A stretch of DNA of 64,000 nt, from the NCBI RefSeq assembly GCF_009914755.1, contig NC_060925.1; one strand, written 5' to 3'. Of the stretch, positions 47,097 through 63,410 are shown piece after piece. Both the position numbers and the translations under genes were made by a program. The first letter of the stretch is position 1; each line of letters starts with the position of its first letter. The notes under the pieces are model-generated. The model did not search any database, was not told the origin of the DNA, and was given only the letters and a program-made list of their open reading frames with translations. Source of the stretch: the human T2T-CHM13v2.0 reference genome, Homo sapiens.

Positions 47097-47389
47097 GGCT
47101 GAGCATGCTGCCTCACGCCGGTAATCCTAGCATTTTGGGAGGCCAAGGCGGGTGGATCACCTGAGGTCGGGAGTTCAAGATCAGCCTGGCCAGCATAGCG
47201 AAACCCTGTCTCTACTAAAAGTAGAAAAAAATTAGCCAGGCCTGGTGGCGGGCATCTGTAATCCCAGCTACTCAGGAGGCTGAGGTAGGTGAATCACTAG
47301 AGCCCTGGGGTCAGAGGTTGTAGTGAGGTGAGATTGCGCCATTGCACTCCAGCGTGGGCGACAGAGTGAGACTCCACCTCAAAAAAAAA
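47097..47389 (+). mobile_element. AluS
   Basis: Complete Alu; 16-bp TSD AAAGTT(G/A)TAGTAATCA at 47081-47096 and 47390-47405. Confidence 0.96.
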
Positions 47390-49308
47390 AAAGTTATAGT
47401 AATCAAAATAGTATGATATTGATGTCAAGATAGATCAGTGAAAAGAAGAATAAAGAGTGCAGAAATAGACTCACATGCATATCATCAATTGAGTTTCAAC
47501 AAAGATAGGGATTCAGTAGAGAAAGGACAGTCTTTTCAACAGATGATGTTGGAATAGTTGGATATTCATATGCCAAAAAAATGAACATTAATACCTAATA
47601 CTGTGTACAAAAATTAAGAAAACATAAGAGAAAGTCTTTGTGATCTTGAGTTAGGCAAAGATTTTTTAGATAGAATGCTAAAAGAAAAGAAATAATTGAT
47701 TAACTGGGCTTCATCAAAATTAGAAATTTACTTTTTTTTTTTTTCAATGGGGAAAAATTTAATTTTATGCTTCAAATTCATATCATGTACATTAAGTACT
47801 ACATGAATTTGTCTTTAGGCTATCAATATTTAACTTGGGCAGTACTTCCTCTTGATTTATTTGGAGAAATACAGCTTAGGCATCTGCTTACCTGCTTAGG
47901 CATCAAAAGAGGTGCCAAATTAGAAAATAGGGCATTAACAATCAAAATTTTTAAACTGACCCACATACTTGCTACTGGTTTCGCTTATGTTTAAGCATTT
48001 AAAGTTGGCAAAACATGTTATCGATGTATTATGCAAGAGTTTACATCTTTTGCATAAGTGGTCCATTGGGTTGCACCTACCCCTTGACCAAACAAAAACA
48101 AAACATCACTGGCACCATACTCGAAACTACCTGTATCCTAGGTTATAAGATTGTGAAAGCCAAAAATCTATAAGGTTGGAGGGACTCTAGTTAATCTTTG
48201 GGCTTAGAGGAGGAAAAAAAGATAGTCCCATACTGCATTTCACATCTCTTAAAAATAGTTTTAGCAGCTTAAACCTTTTTAGTTATAAAACTTATTACAC
48301 TAGGGTTTACTTTGAAATATAGTTTACAACCAAATCAAGTATAACATACATACACTGGCACTTTAGCACAAGGGCAAACTTTAAAAACAAGTTATTTTGG
48401 ACCTTTAAAATTAGGCCATATTATAAAAAACAGTCCACGGTCTTACATTCAGCAAATTCATACTAAAATATTCCATTTTTGTAAGATAAAGGCCAAGAAA
48501 ACTTTACATATGCTACAAGTTTATTACAGATATTTACATGGCTCTTTCTCCCCTAGGTACTTAAAATTTTCACATTATCCAACTCCCCAAAGCAAGCTTG
48601 GCAGGAATGAGGAGGCCAGATCACTATTAGAATAGCTTGTGCAGTGCTGTAATACAAAAATGTATTTTGAAAGCTATTGAGTGACCATTAAATACTGTTT
48701 CTATAAAAAATGGTTTTGGTGTATTTGTTGACAGACACTTAATCCACTACATTTAATAAACAGGGCCATTGGGGTGTACTATGTCTCATTCTAATGAGCT
48801 CCAAATGCCCTTTCCACCCACTGTACAATTCACTAAAATGCAATTATTACGAAAAATTCACATTTTCTTTCAGCAGTGCATCAGGTTAGCATATTACTGG
48901 TTTGGGTGTTTCTAATATACTAAACCTTCAGATGTTTACCTAATTCTGAATCCTTGTGTTAGCCAGAAGCTTATAATCCGATTCACCAACTTTCAACAAT
49001 CTACTGGTCCATGAATGATAAATTACTATCTTCCCCTAACAATAGAAAAAGCTGATTCCTTTACCACTCCCCAAATCTAAACTTGGTTTCCACTTAAAAG
49101 TTACTCAGTTGAGAACACTTAATATCAATTACAATCATTAGTTTAAGTTGCACTGATACTACCATTATATCACAGTGCACACAACACGAGATGAAGTCTA
49201 TTTTTTTTACATTAATTAGTTCTACACAAATAGATTCCCTAGCGAATTTGTTTCAGACCAATTGACAACTATCTGTGAACATAACTAAACTTAAACATTT
49301 GTCTTATT

Positions 49309-49728
49309 TTATACCTGTACTTTAAGTAAGGTTTTAAGTTGAAATGTCATTATTTCCTTATCTGAAGGATTAAAGGAAACAGGGACCCAGTGGCTTGGTG
49401 GTTTGGGAAGAACACTTGGTGATGGCGGCTCACTAAATTTGGCACCAGCATAGTTCTGATTAGCTTGAGATTTAAAAAGTAAGCTGGGACCTGATAAGCT
49501 AGAATTCCAACTTTGATTATTTGGAAAATTTTTGTTCTTCCCCCCATTTTTCATGGCCTGCCAGGCACCTGCTGATGAGTTATAACCATGTCCTCTTTCT
49601 TTTTTCTTATGAACAATCTTCATCTGGGAATTCTGTTCCTTGGTCTTCTGTCTGTTAAGCTGTTGTTGGTTCTTACTAACATTTCTAGATTGAGGGGCTG
49701 GAATGTTATACCTCTCTCCACCACCCAT
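49309..49728 (-). CDS. PNRC2: Intact 139-aa proline-rich nuclear receptor coactivator 2-like ORF in the retrocopy; expression unknown
   Basis: MGGGERYNIP…YAGAKFSEPPSPSVLPKPPSHW…LKTLLKVQV. The ATG is at 49728; the ORF track's 49746 start is a GTG. The SH3-binding motif SEPPSPS and the NR box LKTLL are present. Confidence 0.85.
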   Translation of the reverse strand: MGGGERYNIPAPQSRNVSKNQQQLNRQKTKEQNSQMKIVHKKKERGHGYNSSAGAWQAMKNGGKNKNFPNNQSWNSSLSGPSLLFKSQANQNYAGAKFSEPPSPSVLPKPPSHWVPVSFNPSDKEIMTFQLKTLLKVQV

Positions 49729-49742
49729 CTTCAGCTTCTTTG

Positions 49743-49913
49743 TCACCTTTCAGTCTGCTTTTCAGATTGCAGGATCTCCACTACCTGTCCTCTTCCTTGC
49801 TGCCAAGCCCAAGATAACAAGTGTTGCTTTCTGACAGATCCCTTCCTTTGTCTCAATACAGAAGTTTTCATGGGCCGATCTGCTGAGTTCAGCCTAGGAG
49901 CTGAGGCCAACAT
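49743..49913 (-). CDS. 56-aa upstream ORF in the PNRC2 leader
   Basis: ATG at 49913, reading MLASAPRLNSADRPMKTSVLRQRKGSVRKQHLLSWAWQQGRGQVVEILQSEKQTER. The TGA ends 14 nt before the main ATG. Confidence 0.55.
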   Translation of the reverse strand: MLASAPRLNSADRPMKTSVLRQRKGSVRKQHLLSWAWQQGRGQVVEILQSEKQTER

Positions 49914-51884
49914 CTGAGTCTCCTCAGCACTCAAGTTTGAGAGAAGTCCTAGTGACTTCAAGCTCGGAACTAACGCGGCAGCGGCTCCCTCTCGACGTTG
50001 AAGCCTCCCTCCCTTTCCAGGGAGAGACGAGGCACGGACCGACAAAGCCCACGAACACCGATGAGCGAGCTGCCGGCCACCCCAGCTTCTACAATCCGAC
50101 CTTCTCCTTCTGCCTCTACCGACAAAATGGACAGAAATTTACTTTTTAAAAGACACTTTCAAGAGAATGAGAAGATAATCATCAAGTGGGAGAAAATATC
50201 TGTAAATCTTCTATCTAAGAAAACACTTGATCCAGGATGTAATGAAGCACTCTGAAAACTCAGTAATAACAAGAAAAAAAAATGGGTGGAAGATTTGAGC
50301 AGACACGTTACTGAAGAAGATATTCAGATGGCATATAAGTATATGAAAATATGTTTAATATCATTAATCATTAGAGAAATGCAATTAAAACCACAATAAG
50401 AGATAATTACTCTTCTATTAGAATGGCTAAAATTTACACATCTGGCCATATCAAGTGTTAATGAAAATGTGGAGGAACTGGAACTTTCATATATTTCTGG
50501 TTGGAATGTAAAATGGTACACTTTGGAAAACATTTTGTCAGTTTCTTAAAGATTTAAATAGATGCCTACAGAACTTCTAGCCTTTCTACTCCTAGGTATT
50601 TACCCAAGAGAAATCAAAACATATAGCTGTACAAAAACGTACACACAAATGTATAACAGCATTATTTGTAACAGTCAAAAACTAGAAACAACTAAAATCT
50701 CCATTAACAGGTGAATGGGCGAACAAATTGTATACTACTCAGCAATAAAAAAGCATGAACTATTGATGTATGCAAAAATATGGATGAATTTAAAATAATT
50801 ATGCTGAGTAAGAGAAGCCAGGCAAATAAAATCGTGCATACTATATGATTCCATTTATATACAATTCTAGAAAATGCAAACAAATGTATTATAACAGAAA
50901 ACACTGGCATTACCTGGGAATTTGTTAGAAATTCAGAGTCTCCCTGCCCAGGAGATTTTATGCACTTTAAAGTTTAAGAAGCCCTACTCTAGACAGTCTA
51001 GAGGCACAGTGGATTTTGAGGTACAGGGGGATTCAGTGGTGTTGCATTTGGTGATGGTGGGACAAGAAGCTTGGGCCTCTCCTCTGAGCTGCTGACTCAG
51101 AGTTAGGGAAAATAAAGATACCATTCATGAATCCAAGCGGGGTCCTGGATAGAGCCAGAATATTGTGGGGCAGGTACAGAGCACAAGACAGTACTGTTTG
51201 ATCATAGGTGACTAGTCACTTAGGCAAGGCCAGGAGCACGGGTGGCAGAGCCAGAGGGGTTGCAGACACACCACAATTCCATTTTCACAGGCAGAGATGG
51301 GGCAGGTAGGGCCCCAGAGCAGAAGCTGGGGCGGTTGTCACTATTTGCTTAAACACCTAGTGGCTCCTGGTTCTTTTTCTTTTAATCACAGAGACCCCCA
51401 AATCTCAAGGATGCAAAAACCCTTGGCTGCAACGCTCACTCCATTATCACTCGATGATCACAGATATACTTCCTGCATTTCTCTCACAATCACTGAGCAC
51501 CTACTATGTGTTAAGTACTGTGCTAGGTGATGGGACTTCAAATATTCTAGAAGTCTGACACAAGAGTGCACAGATGCACACCCTTTGGTCTGAATGTTCA
51601 GGTTAAACGTCTAAAATCCAATCTGAACACTCCTACCATTTTTTCTTCTCCCTCTGACCCTGAATAAATGGGACAGTTATCATTTCACATTTATTGAACC
51701 ACAGCCACATACGTACAAAACTGGACCTCTGTTCTGTTGGACTTCCTCATTACCATGCTATGCTAGTAAACATTATTTGTCCCTGGGGCAGCTCTTGGCC
51801 ACCCTTATTTCCTACTCTTCCCCTCCAGCTATCACCCCTTCTCCACACAACCTTGAAGAGTGACTGTTTTTTAATTTAATATTG

Positions 51885-52260
51885 TGTCTTAGTTCACTTG
51901 CTGTTGTCATAACAGAATACTGCAGACTAGATAATTTATAAAGAAAAGAGATTTATTTGGCTCATGGATCTGGAGGCTGGGAAGTCCCAGATTGAGGGAC
52001 TGCATTTGGTGAGGACCTTCTTGCTGCATCATAACATGGTGGAGGGCATCACATGATGAGGAGCTGTGCATGCAAGACAGAGCAAAAGGTGGCCGAATGC
52101 CTGGAATAAAAAACTCACTCCCACAATAATGGCATAAACCCATTCAAGAAGGAAAAGCCCTCATGACCTCATCATTTCTTAAAAGTCCCACCTCTTAATA
52201 CTGTCACAACGGCAATTAAATTTCAACATGAGTTTTGGGAGGAACATTCAAACCATGGCA
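51885..52260 (-). mobile_element. MaLR solo LTR (MSTC/MSTD-like)
   Basis: tgtcttagt…ataacagaata…tctggaggctgggaagtcc…tttcaacatgagttttgg…caaaccatggca. Confidence 0.87.
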
Positions 52261-52329
52261 GATTATTCTCCTAGGCTGCTTTGACCTAGGTTATTTCCAG
52301 CTCCCTTTCATAACTGCCTCAGTCCTGTT

Positions 52330-52620
52330 CCGTAACATTCCTAGTTGATGTGTGCCTTGTCTCTAGTTGATGTGCTTTGTGCATTTTCTTGACATTTGTT
52401 TGTTCCTGCTTTCAAATCATTAGCAAAGATGTTAAATGAAACCAGACCTGACCCCGCTCTCTGGGGAAGTGCACTTAGCCCCCTCCCCCAACTCCACTCA
52501 CTGGAGCTGTTTCTGGGTATGTATATCATTATTCTTTATTTATGATCTTCCCAGCCAGTTGTTGAGTCCATGTGACCACATTCTCATCCAAGGCAATTTG
52601 AGCTGGCCTTAGAGGAGAAA
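52330..52620 (-). mobile_element. L3/CR1 LINE reverse-transcriptase remnant
   Basis: The translation SALPQRAGSGLVSFNIFANDL resembles the CR1 motif [21 protein letters not shown], preceded by a W…NWL-like segment. Confidence 0.65.
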
Positions 52621-55600
52621 TGGCATGGCAGGGTGAGCAAAATTTTTTACCCAAGTTCCAAACCATTTACTAAAAACCTGGCCTCGCTGTTTTTCTCCTC
52701 TGCCGAGTTGCTTGAACTCACTTCTTTCCATAAATCCTCTGTGACATTACCCTTTCCAGATGGCGATGGATTTTCACTGTTAACATCTGTTTTATTACTG
52801 TGACTATCTAATTTACTAGCCAGTAAGTTCCACAATTAGCTTTCTTTTGCTTTCCTTTTTGAACATTAACACCATATTTATGGCATCTTCTTCCTCTCTA
52901 ACCTTGATTTTCAAATCTCTTCTAAATTCTCCAATAATTTTTCAAATGCTTTATACTTTCTCCCAGGGTGGTAATGCTCAAGGCCCCACCTTCTTGGTGG
53001 CAGATCTGAGCATAACAAAGGTGCTGCTTAACCTAAATCTGGAGGTGGTGTTGCTTAAATCCATGTCCCCAGTTAATTAGCTAGGTTGCTTTTTTGTAAT
53101 TTTTAAACCTCACTCAGATAAAAAGAAAAACGATAATTTTAATGATGATATTAATAGTAACTCTAGTTATCTAGAAGACATTTATGTAGTCTCTCAGATA
53201 CCTAGAATATAGTAAAAAACAAACCAAAAAACCCCAAAATCCCTGCCACCACTCCCCAAAAATAGAAATAAGCAGAAAAGCCATAGAGAGATCAAAAAAG
53301 ACATCATGTGTCATGAAGTCCACATATCATACGACATCATTCTTCCACATTGTCTGAGTTCCTGGTGTAATCTCAGTAGTCTCCTTGTGCCCTCCACGGA
53401 GAGTAGGGTGAGGGTTATCTTTAGTTTTCTAAGCCATTGCCTCTAGCGGCACTCTGGTAACCAGGTAACTACTTTGGTGTTTATCAGGCTGCCTAGCACA
53501 AGGACCATGTGATTTTGAGCCAGAGGATAAACCTGGGGGCATATTCAGGCCAATCTGCTCTAGCCCACATAGCTGGTAGCATTTAAAAACAAACAAAAAA
53601 CCAAACTCCTAGAATCCTCTTCTTCTCGTCTCTATTTAATATATCTTATTTATCATCTGAAATCATTTGACTTTCAAGTTACATCAGAACAAAAGAAGCA
53701 AATCAGAAGTAGGGTGGTGGTTACTATCAGCAGTCACTCTGATCACCACAAAAAGTGATAGCTGCCGGGGAAGAGAGAGAAAACCTAAAAAGTAAACAAA
53801 ACCCAAAGCCTCTGGAGGCTTAGCAGATTGGGAGCTATTTAGTGTAGAAGCAAATAACTCTACGTTATTTTAATATCCTTTGTTGGAATTACACTATTTA
53901 GTAGCAAGACAATAATATTTATAATAATGACCATGATTCAGAAAGGAAAGTTAGGTTTAGCAACTATATTTAAGGAAGTAAGGAAGTGTGTCCTTAATTT
54001 TAAATTAACACATAGTTGATGAGCATGATCCAAAATTCACAAATACGTACTGAGAAATCCATTTCCTTCCCACCCTGATTCCCTAATCTCCCAGTTATCC
54101 TCCATGGATACAACTATAACCAATCTCTTTTGGAATTTTCCAGAGATATTTCAAGTGCTTTTAGAAAAGTGTGTTTTGTAAATCACTTAAAATTTTTTTT
54201 AGATTCTGATAGGTAAGCTCCAGTGATCCGGAAAATTCAGTTAGGTAGAACTGCTTATTGCCCAGCAATTCAGAATGAATTAGGCATTACTTAGTATGAG
54301 TTGAGTTTCCTAATTTTTCAGATTTTTGGGACAGAGAGGCCCTCATAGACCTCAGAGAGACTGTAGAAGAGACCTGATCTTGTCATTTGCAGGAGTGGGA
54401 AGGTTCTAATTTTTACCCCTGATTGCTATGAGGATTGTTTTCTCATCTCCATTCCCCAGAGTTTTTCTTAATCCTACCATGTGCAAAGGCAGCGTGGTTG
54501 GAAGAAAACACAAGGGCTTTAGGGGCTAAAGGAGATATAAAGAAGAAGAAGATAGGATCCCCAGTACTCGGGGATCTAATTTTTTTAAAAGTTAAGGGAG
54601 GAAAACAGGGTAAGGTGTGTACAAATTGCTATAATAAAAAGTATAATATTTGCTATAGGAGAATTTAGAATGCTATGAGAAGAGATTATTTGGAGCTGAA
54701 GGAATCCAGGAAAGTTTCATGAAAGAAGTAGCACTGGAGATAACTGTGGAACGAAAAGTAGGGATTCAACAGGAGAGAAGACAGAAAACATCCCAGGAAG
54801 AAGAAAAAGCATGAACAAAGATATGGAGCACTTTGGGCAAAACTGTTAATGGGATGATAATTTGCCATCCATTCACGTTCTTTTCTGAAATACTTCAAGC
54901 TTGCTCCCGAGTCTGATATTGGAGCTGGGACAGGACATTGGCCCACAGACCAAGGGGTGTCTTTGGGAAGGAGCCAAGGGGATCATGTCCAATAAGGCGA
55001 GGAGAATCAAACTGATTAGTTTGCAAGGAGAGCCAGCTGCCTCCTCTACCCTGACTCCAGCAAGTCTGCTCTTGGGGACAGATGCCTCTTTGCTGGCCTA
55101 GTGTGGCTAAGCCATCAGTCTAGGAACAATTCCTTGTTTTCCTGGAACTCTCTCTCATTTTTGTGGTAGTTCTTGGAGTAATATTCCTAGAATGTTTCCA
55201 GAATGCCAGGCCATCTGCTTACTCTAGTTTGGATTGGCTCACAGCTGCCTCACTTTCCTGAAGCAGAGAGTCTCTAAAGCAGCATCTAGAGCCATGCTTC
55301 CCAAAATGCCAAAAGGTAAACTTTCCTGGAAATAGGTTTGCATTTTCTGACATAGTGTCTTCCATGCTTTCCTGAGAGTAAGCATGCCCTGAGAGAGAGC
55401 ATGTGTTTGACATTTCCCTCTGGCAGAGGCCCACAGGAGCTCTCATGGACAAGATGGATTTGATTAATGAGGGAGATAGGCAAATTCTTTTGCTTTAAGC
55501 TGGAAGGGGGATTTTGTATGTTTTGGGGTTCTTTTTCCTTCTGCACTCAGTCTACGAGTGTCAAGCTCCAGACACAGAGGGCACAAAAGGAGTGTTTGTC

Positions 55601-56179
55601 TTATTAGAAGACAAAGGTGTTGTGTTTGTTTGTTTTTGTTTTTCTGGAATCATACATATATAGACCTTCAGAAGAGAACTCTGGGGTCACCTAGTTCAAA
55701 TCTCTACTCTATATGGAAATCTCAGTATCCTGGACATGCTACTATTAATAGGTCTCAGGATTTATGAGAATGGAGACCATATCTGACTTATTTATTGCTA
55801 TATTCTCAGTGTGTGGTTGTCTGGTTCATGGTAGGTGTTCGGTGAATAAGGGTTGAATGAAGATAGTCCAGAGACTAAGAAATCAGTCCATTTCAAGTCA
55901 GCCCATTCTATGTTTTCATACATTCTTTTTCATAGTGAACATATTTTGAAACTAATAAACTATGTCTTTGTCATTTTCAATCATACCTAATCATGTTTCT
56001 TTGCAACAACCATTACGGCTCGAAGAAAGAAAGGAGGCCAAATGCTGTCTAATGAAAGAGGATATTATGATGCAGTATTCCTAGTCTACAGAGGTGAAAA
56101 TGAAAATGAAAGGAAAAACTAAAATCAACAACAAAACTTGTGATCCGAGTTAGGGGTGAGAGTGTGAAGGAGAAAAATG

Positions 56180-58800
56180 TTGCGTATCGATTTTTAATCA
56201 GTTTGTCAATTCCTACTAGTCCTGTTAGAATTTTGTGATGGTGTTGAATTTTATAGATCAGTTTGGAGAGAATTGACATCATAATATCGAGTCTTTCAAT
56301 TCATGAGCATTGTATATCTCTTCATTTATTTATGTCTTTAATTTTGCTCAGCAATGATGCATAGTTTTAAGTGTACAGATCTGCACATCTTTTGTCAAAT
56401 TTATTTCTAAGTATTACATATTTTGATGCTATTATAAATAGCATTTTATCTCAATTTCTGATCTTTGTCAATAATTTGTGGAAATAAAACTAATTTTTGT
56501 AAATTAACCTTGTATCCTGCAAACTTGCTAAACTCACTTATAGTTCAAGTAACTTTTTTTTGTAGATTCTTTAGGATTTTAAACATGGATAATCATGTAA
56601 TTTGTGAAGAAAGATAGCTTTACATCTTTCTTTCCAACTCTATGCTTTTAAATTCTTTTTCTTTTCTTATAAAACTGGCTAGCACTTCCACTATAATGTT
56701 GAAGAGAAGAAATAAAAGTGGACTTTTTTTTTGAGACAGAATATTGCTCTGTTACTCAGGCTGGAGTGCAGTGGTGTGATCTGAGCTCACTGCAACCTCC
56801 GCCTCCCACGTTCAAGTGATTCTTGTGCCTCAGTCTCCGAAGAAGCTGGGATTACAGGTGCATGCCACCACAGCTGGCTAATTTTTGTATTTTTAGTAAA
56901 GACAAGAGTTTTGCCATGTTGGCCAGGATAGTCTCAAACCCCTGGCCTCAAGTGATCTGCCCATCTCAGCCTCCCAAAGTGCTGGGATTACAGGTGTGAG
57001 CTACCACACGTGGCCAAGAGTGGACATTTTAACCTTTTTCCTGAATTCAGGAGAGAAGTATTTAATCTTTCACCATTAAGTATGATATTTTGCTGTATGA
57101 TACTGTAGATACCCCTTATTAGGAGGAAAAAGTTCCCTTTTATTTCTAGTTTGCTAGAGTTTTTATCATAGATGTGTCTTAAATTTTTTCAAATCCATAT
57201 TTCATATCTGTTGAGACAAATGTATGAATTTTTAGTCTGTTAATATAGTAGATTGCGTTGATTGACTTTTTAAATGCTATGCCAACCCTGCAATCCTGGG
57301 ATAAATCCCACCTGTTCATGTTATATTATCATTTCTATATGTTGTTGCTAAAATTTTGTTAAGAATTTTCCATCTGTGTTTATGAGGGATTTTTGTATGT
57401 AGTTTTCTTATACTTTATTGGTTTTGTACCAGGGTAATGCTGGCCTTATAACATGAGTTGGGAGGTATGCCTTCCTTTTCTATTTTCTGGAAGAGTTTTC
57501 GTAGAATTGGTATGATTTTTCCCTTCACTGTTTTATAGCATTCACCAGTAGAGCCATCTGAGCCTGTAGTGTGTGTGTATGTGTGTGTTTTCTGGCTGTT
57601 TCTAATATTTTTTTTAACTTTTGATTACAGATGTTTGACTATGCAGTGTTTTAGGTATAGACTTATTTGTATTTATGCTACTTAAAGTTCTACTAAGCTT
57701 TTTAATATCTGGGTGTTGATGAGTTTTATCAATTTTGGGAAATTCCCAACTATTTTCTCTTAAAATATTTCTTCTGCCTTCTTATTGTTCTCTGTTTCTG
57801 TCTCTGAATCTTTTTCTTTCTCCTTTCTCTTACTATGACTTTATACTTTTTTCTCTGTCTTTTTTAGTTCGGATGATTTACAATGACCTGTCTTTGGTTT
57901 CACTAAATCCTTTTCCTGCTTTTCCCAGCAAATGAATTCTTCATTTCAGACATTGTATATCTCAGTTTTACAATTTTCATTTGTTTCTTTTTGGGATTTC
58001 TATTTATCTCAATCAATCCACCATTTTTTCATTCATTTTGTATATCTCTTGTTCTTTGTTTTAAATATACTTGTAAAAGTTATTTTAATGTCCATACCTA
58101 ATAATTCCAACATCTAGGTCATTTGTGCATCTGGTTTATTTGACTTATTCTCTTGATTGTATGTCACATGTCCTGATTCTTTGCTTGCCTGGTGACTTTT
58201 TTATTGCATGGCAGAAGTTATAAATATGAGAACAGTAGAGGCAGAATTAGATATTTACCCCCAGAAAAGCCTTGCCCTTTCCTCTTTCAGGTGGGTGGTA
58301 TGTAAGGCTTACCTCTTCTATCTAGTCAAGGATTGATAGATTGGGTTGGGGTTAAACTTCACCCTTTAGTTCACCTCTTATTTTAAATGTCAGGGCTTTG
58401 AGATATAAGTATCACAAAACTATGAAATCTTTCCTGTATTTCATTTCTAGACCAGCCTCATCACTGCTCACTCAACAGAAGTCTGATGAGGAAAACTTGG
58501 TGGGTAACAAGACCTAGCTGTGTGTTTGGGACCCCACCAGATTCCAAGCTACCATGCCAGCCCACGTGCACTGACAAGAGCTCAGCTAGCTTTTCCTTGA
58601 CCTAACCAAGTATCTTCACCAATGGTAGTTCACTGCTTAGCCCACCTGTGCCCCCAGGTAGAGGTAATGCCCTCAGGGATGATAGCAGCTGCCACCTCTG
58701 CTCATCTAGGAAAGCCCCATTTCTCTCTGAAATTTATTTGTACTTCTTTGCATCCACAGCTCTTCAGTGGCTTTCAATAATGTATGATTTTTTTTTTTTC
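56180..58800 (-). mobile_element. Old L1M fragments
   Basis: ORF2 landmarks (gagaattgacatc; aaacttgctaaactcactta; gggataaatcccac; gagccatctgagcctg), then ORF1/5'-like T-rich sequence. Confidence 0.75.
56724..57015 (-). mobile_element. Alu (Sz/Jb-like)
   Basis: Complete reverse-complement Alu; imperfect TSD aa(a/g)agtggac on both sides. Confidence 0.94.
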
Positions 58801-59799
58801 ATGTAGCTGGTATTTTTCTCTAGTTACAGCAGTAGTGATACAACCACCTTCATCCCCACAATAAGTAAATCTCTGCTGTTGCATTTTTAATTTTCTTACA
58901 TCTATTTTTTATTTTAACCAACTCTCTTCCAGTCTCCTCCTTCATTTAGCCTATTTTTCCTTTGGATTTCTGGCTTTTAGTTCATAGAAGCCACATCCTC
59001 TTTTGTCTTTTGGAGGACTTTTAGGATTTTTTTTTTTTCTTGAGAAAAATGATCTTCCTCTGAGCTTTTGGGACTATGCTCTATTTTTCCTGATGATACA
59101 GTAATTTTTCATAACACATATTTTGTTTTCCTCACTGTCTTCTTGGTAGACTACAGCTTCCCTCTTTCAAATTTAAACATGAAATTGAGGTTGATGTTCT
59201 TCACCCCAGTTCAGTTTGCACTGCTTAGCAGTAATTCATCTAGTAAGGTCTGCAGAACTGAAGGGAGATCTCCTCCAGCTCCCACTCTCTTAGTCTTGGG
59301 CTAGTGTCAGATGCAGTTTGCTGTTGGAAAGATTTTATAGAATGCGTGATTTGGTTCACAGCATATTTTTTCTAGTTACTAAGTGTGTCAAACGACGATT
59401 CAGTCTTTGCTTATCTCTTTCCTTACTGCCAGGTTGTTTGCCAGGAGTGAGTGGAAGATAACACGGGTTGAGGCTGAGTAGGAAAAAGAAGAATGCTTCC
59501 AAGATGCTGACTATAATGTGAGGTGGACATGGGAATAGAGTTTACAGCCTGATGTGTCTCTTGTCAACTTCCGGTTGAAATACAACCATGAACAAACATC
59601 CAAGGCAAAAACAATAAATAAGCATTGTCAAAAATGACAATAAATGAACTACAGACTAAAGAAGACTGGATACAATGTCTAGGAAAGTTTCTTTTAGCCA
59701 AATTAACAATGGGAAAGAGATTAGAAGAACAAGGCCCAAAGAAGCTGGGGAAGATTCACCTTTGCCATTTATAGCTGATTAATCTTCCATCTTGTCACT

Positions 59800-61570
<1,771 letters not shown>

Positions 61571-61669
61571 AGAGTGAGGGACTGAAATATAGACATCACA
61601 TCGTTATCTCAGTAACTGCTCAATAAAATTGTTTTCCATATATGGAAATGAATTGATTCCCTGGAGACT

Positions 61670-63410
<1,741 letters not shown>

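Larger units (their letters stand above)
47737..50132 (-). pseudogene. PNRC2P1: Full-length processed retrocopy of the PNRC2 mRNA (probably the annotated PNRC2P1)
   Basis: T13 tail at 47732-47744 and ATTAAA (minus strand, 47758-47763). 15-bp TSD AGAAATTTACTTTTT at 47722-47736 and 50133-50147 at a TT/AAAA endonuclease site. The CpG-rich leader is contiguous with the CDS, followed by a ~1.56-kb 3' UTR. The symbol is from memory and unverified. Confidence 0.93.
44990..50900 (+). mobile_element. Old L1M ORF2 and 3' UTR, host of an L1PA 3' end, an Alu and the PNRC2 retrocopy
   Basis: [21 protein letters not shown] and tttgcagatgacatg (FADDM). ORF2 continues collinearly after 46800, after 47405 and after 50147. 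Confidence 0.87.

Noticed and set aside
49588-49917. 109-aa plus-strand ORF
   Set aside because: It is the antisense shadow of the PNRC2 ORF and uORF, with no independent support.
47737-50132. This being the parental PNRC2 gene
   Set aside because: The genomic poly(A), the TSD, the lack of introns and the position inside an L1 mark it as a retrocopy.
53433-53452. CTCF-like CCGCTAGAGGCAAT on the minus strand
   Set aside because: The key GGC positions are out of register, so it is too weak to call.
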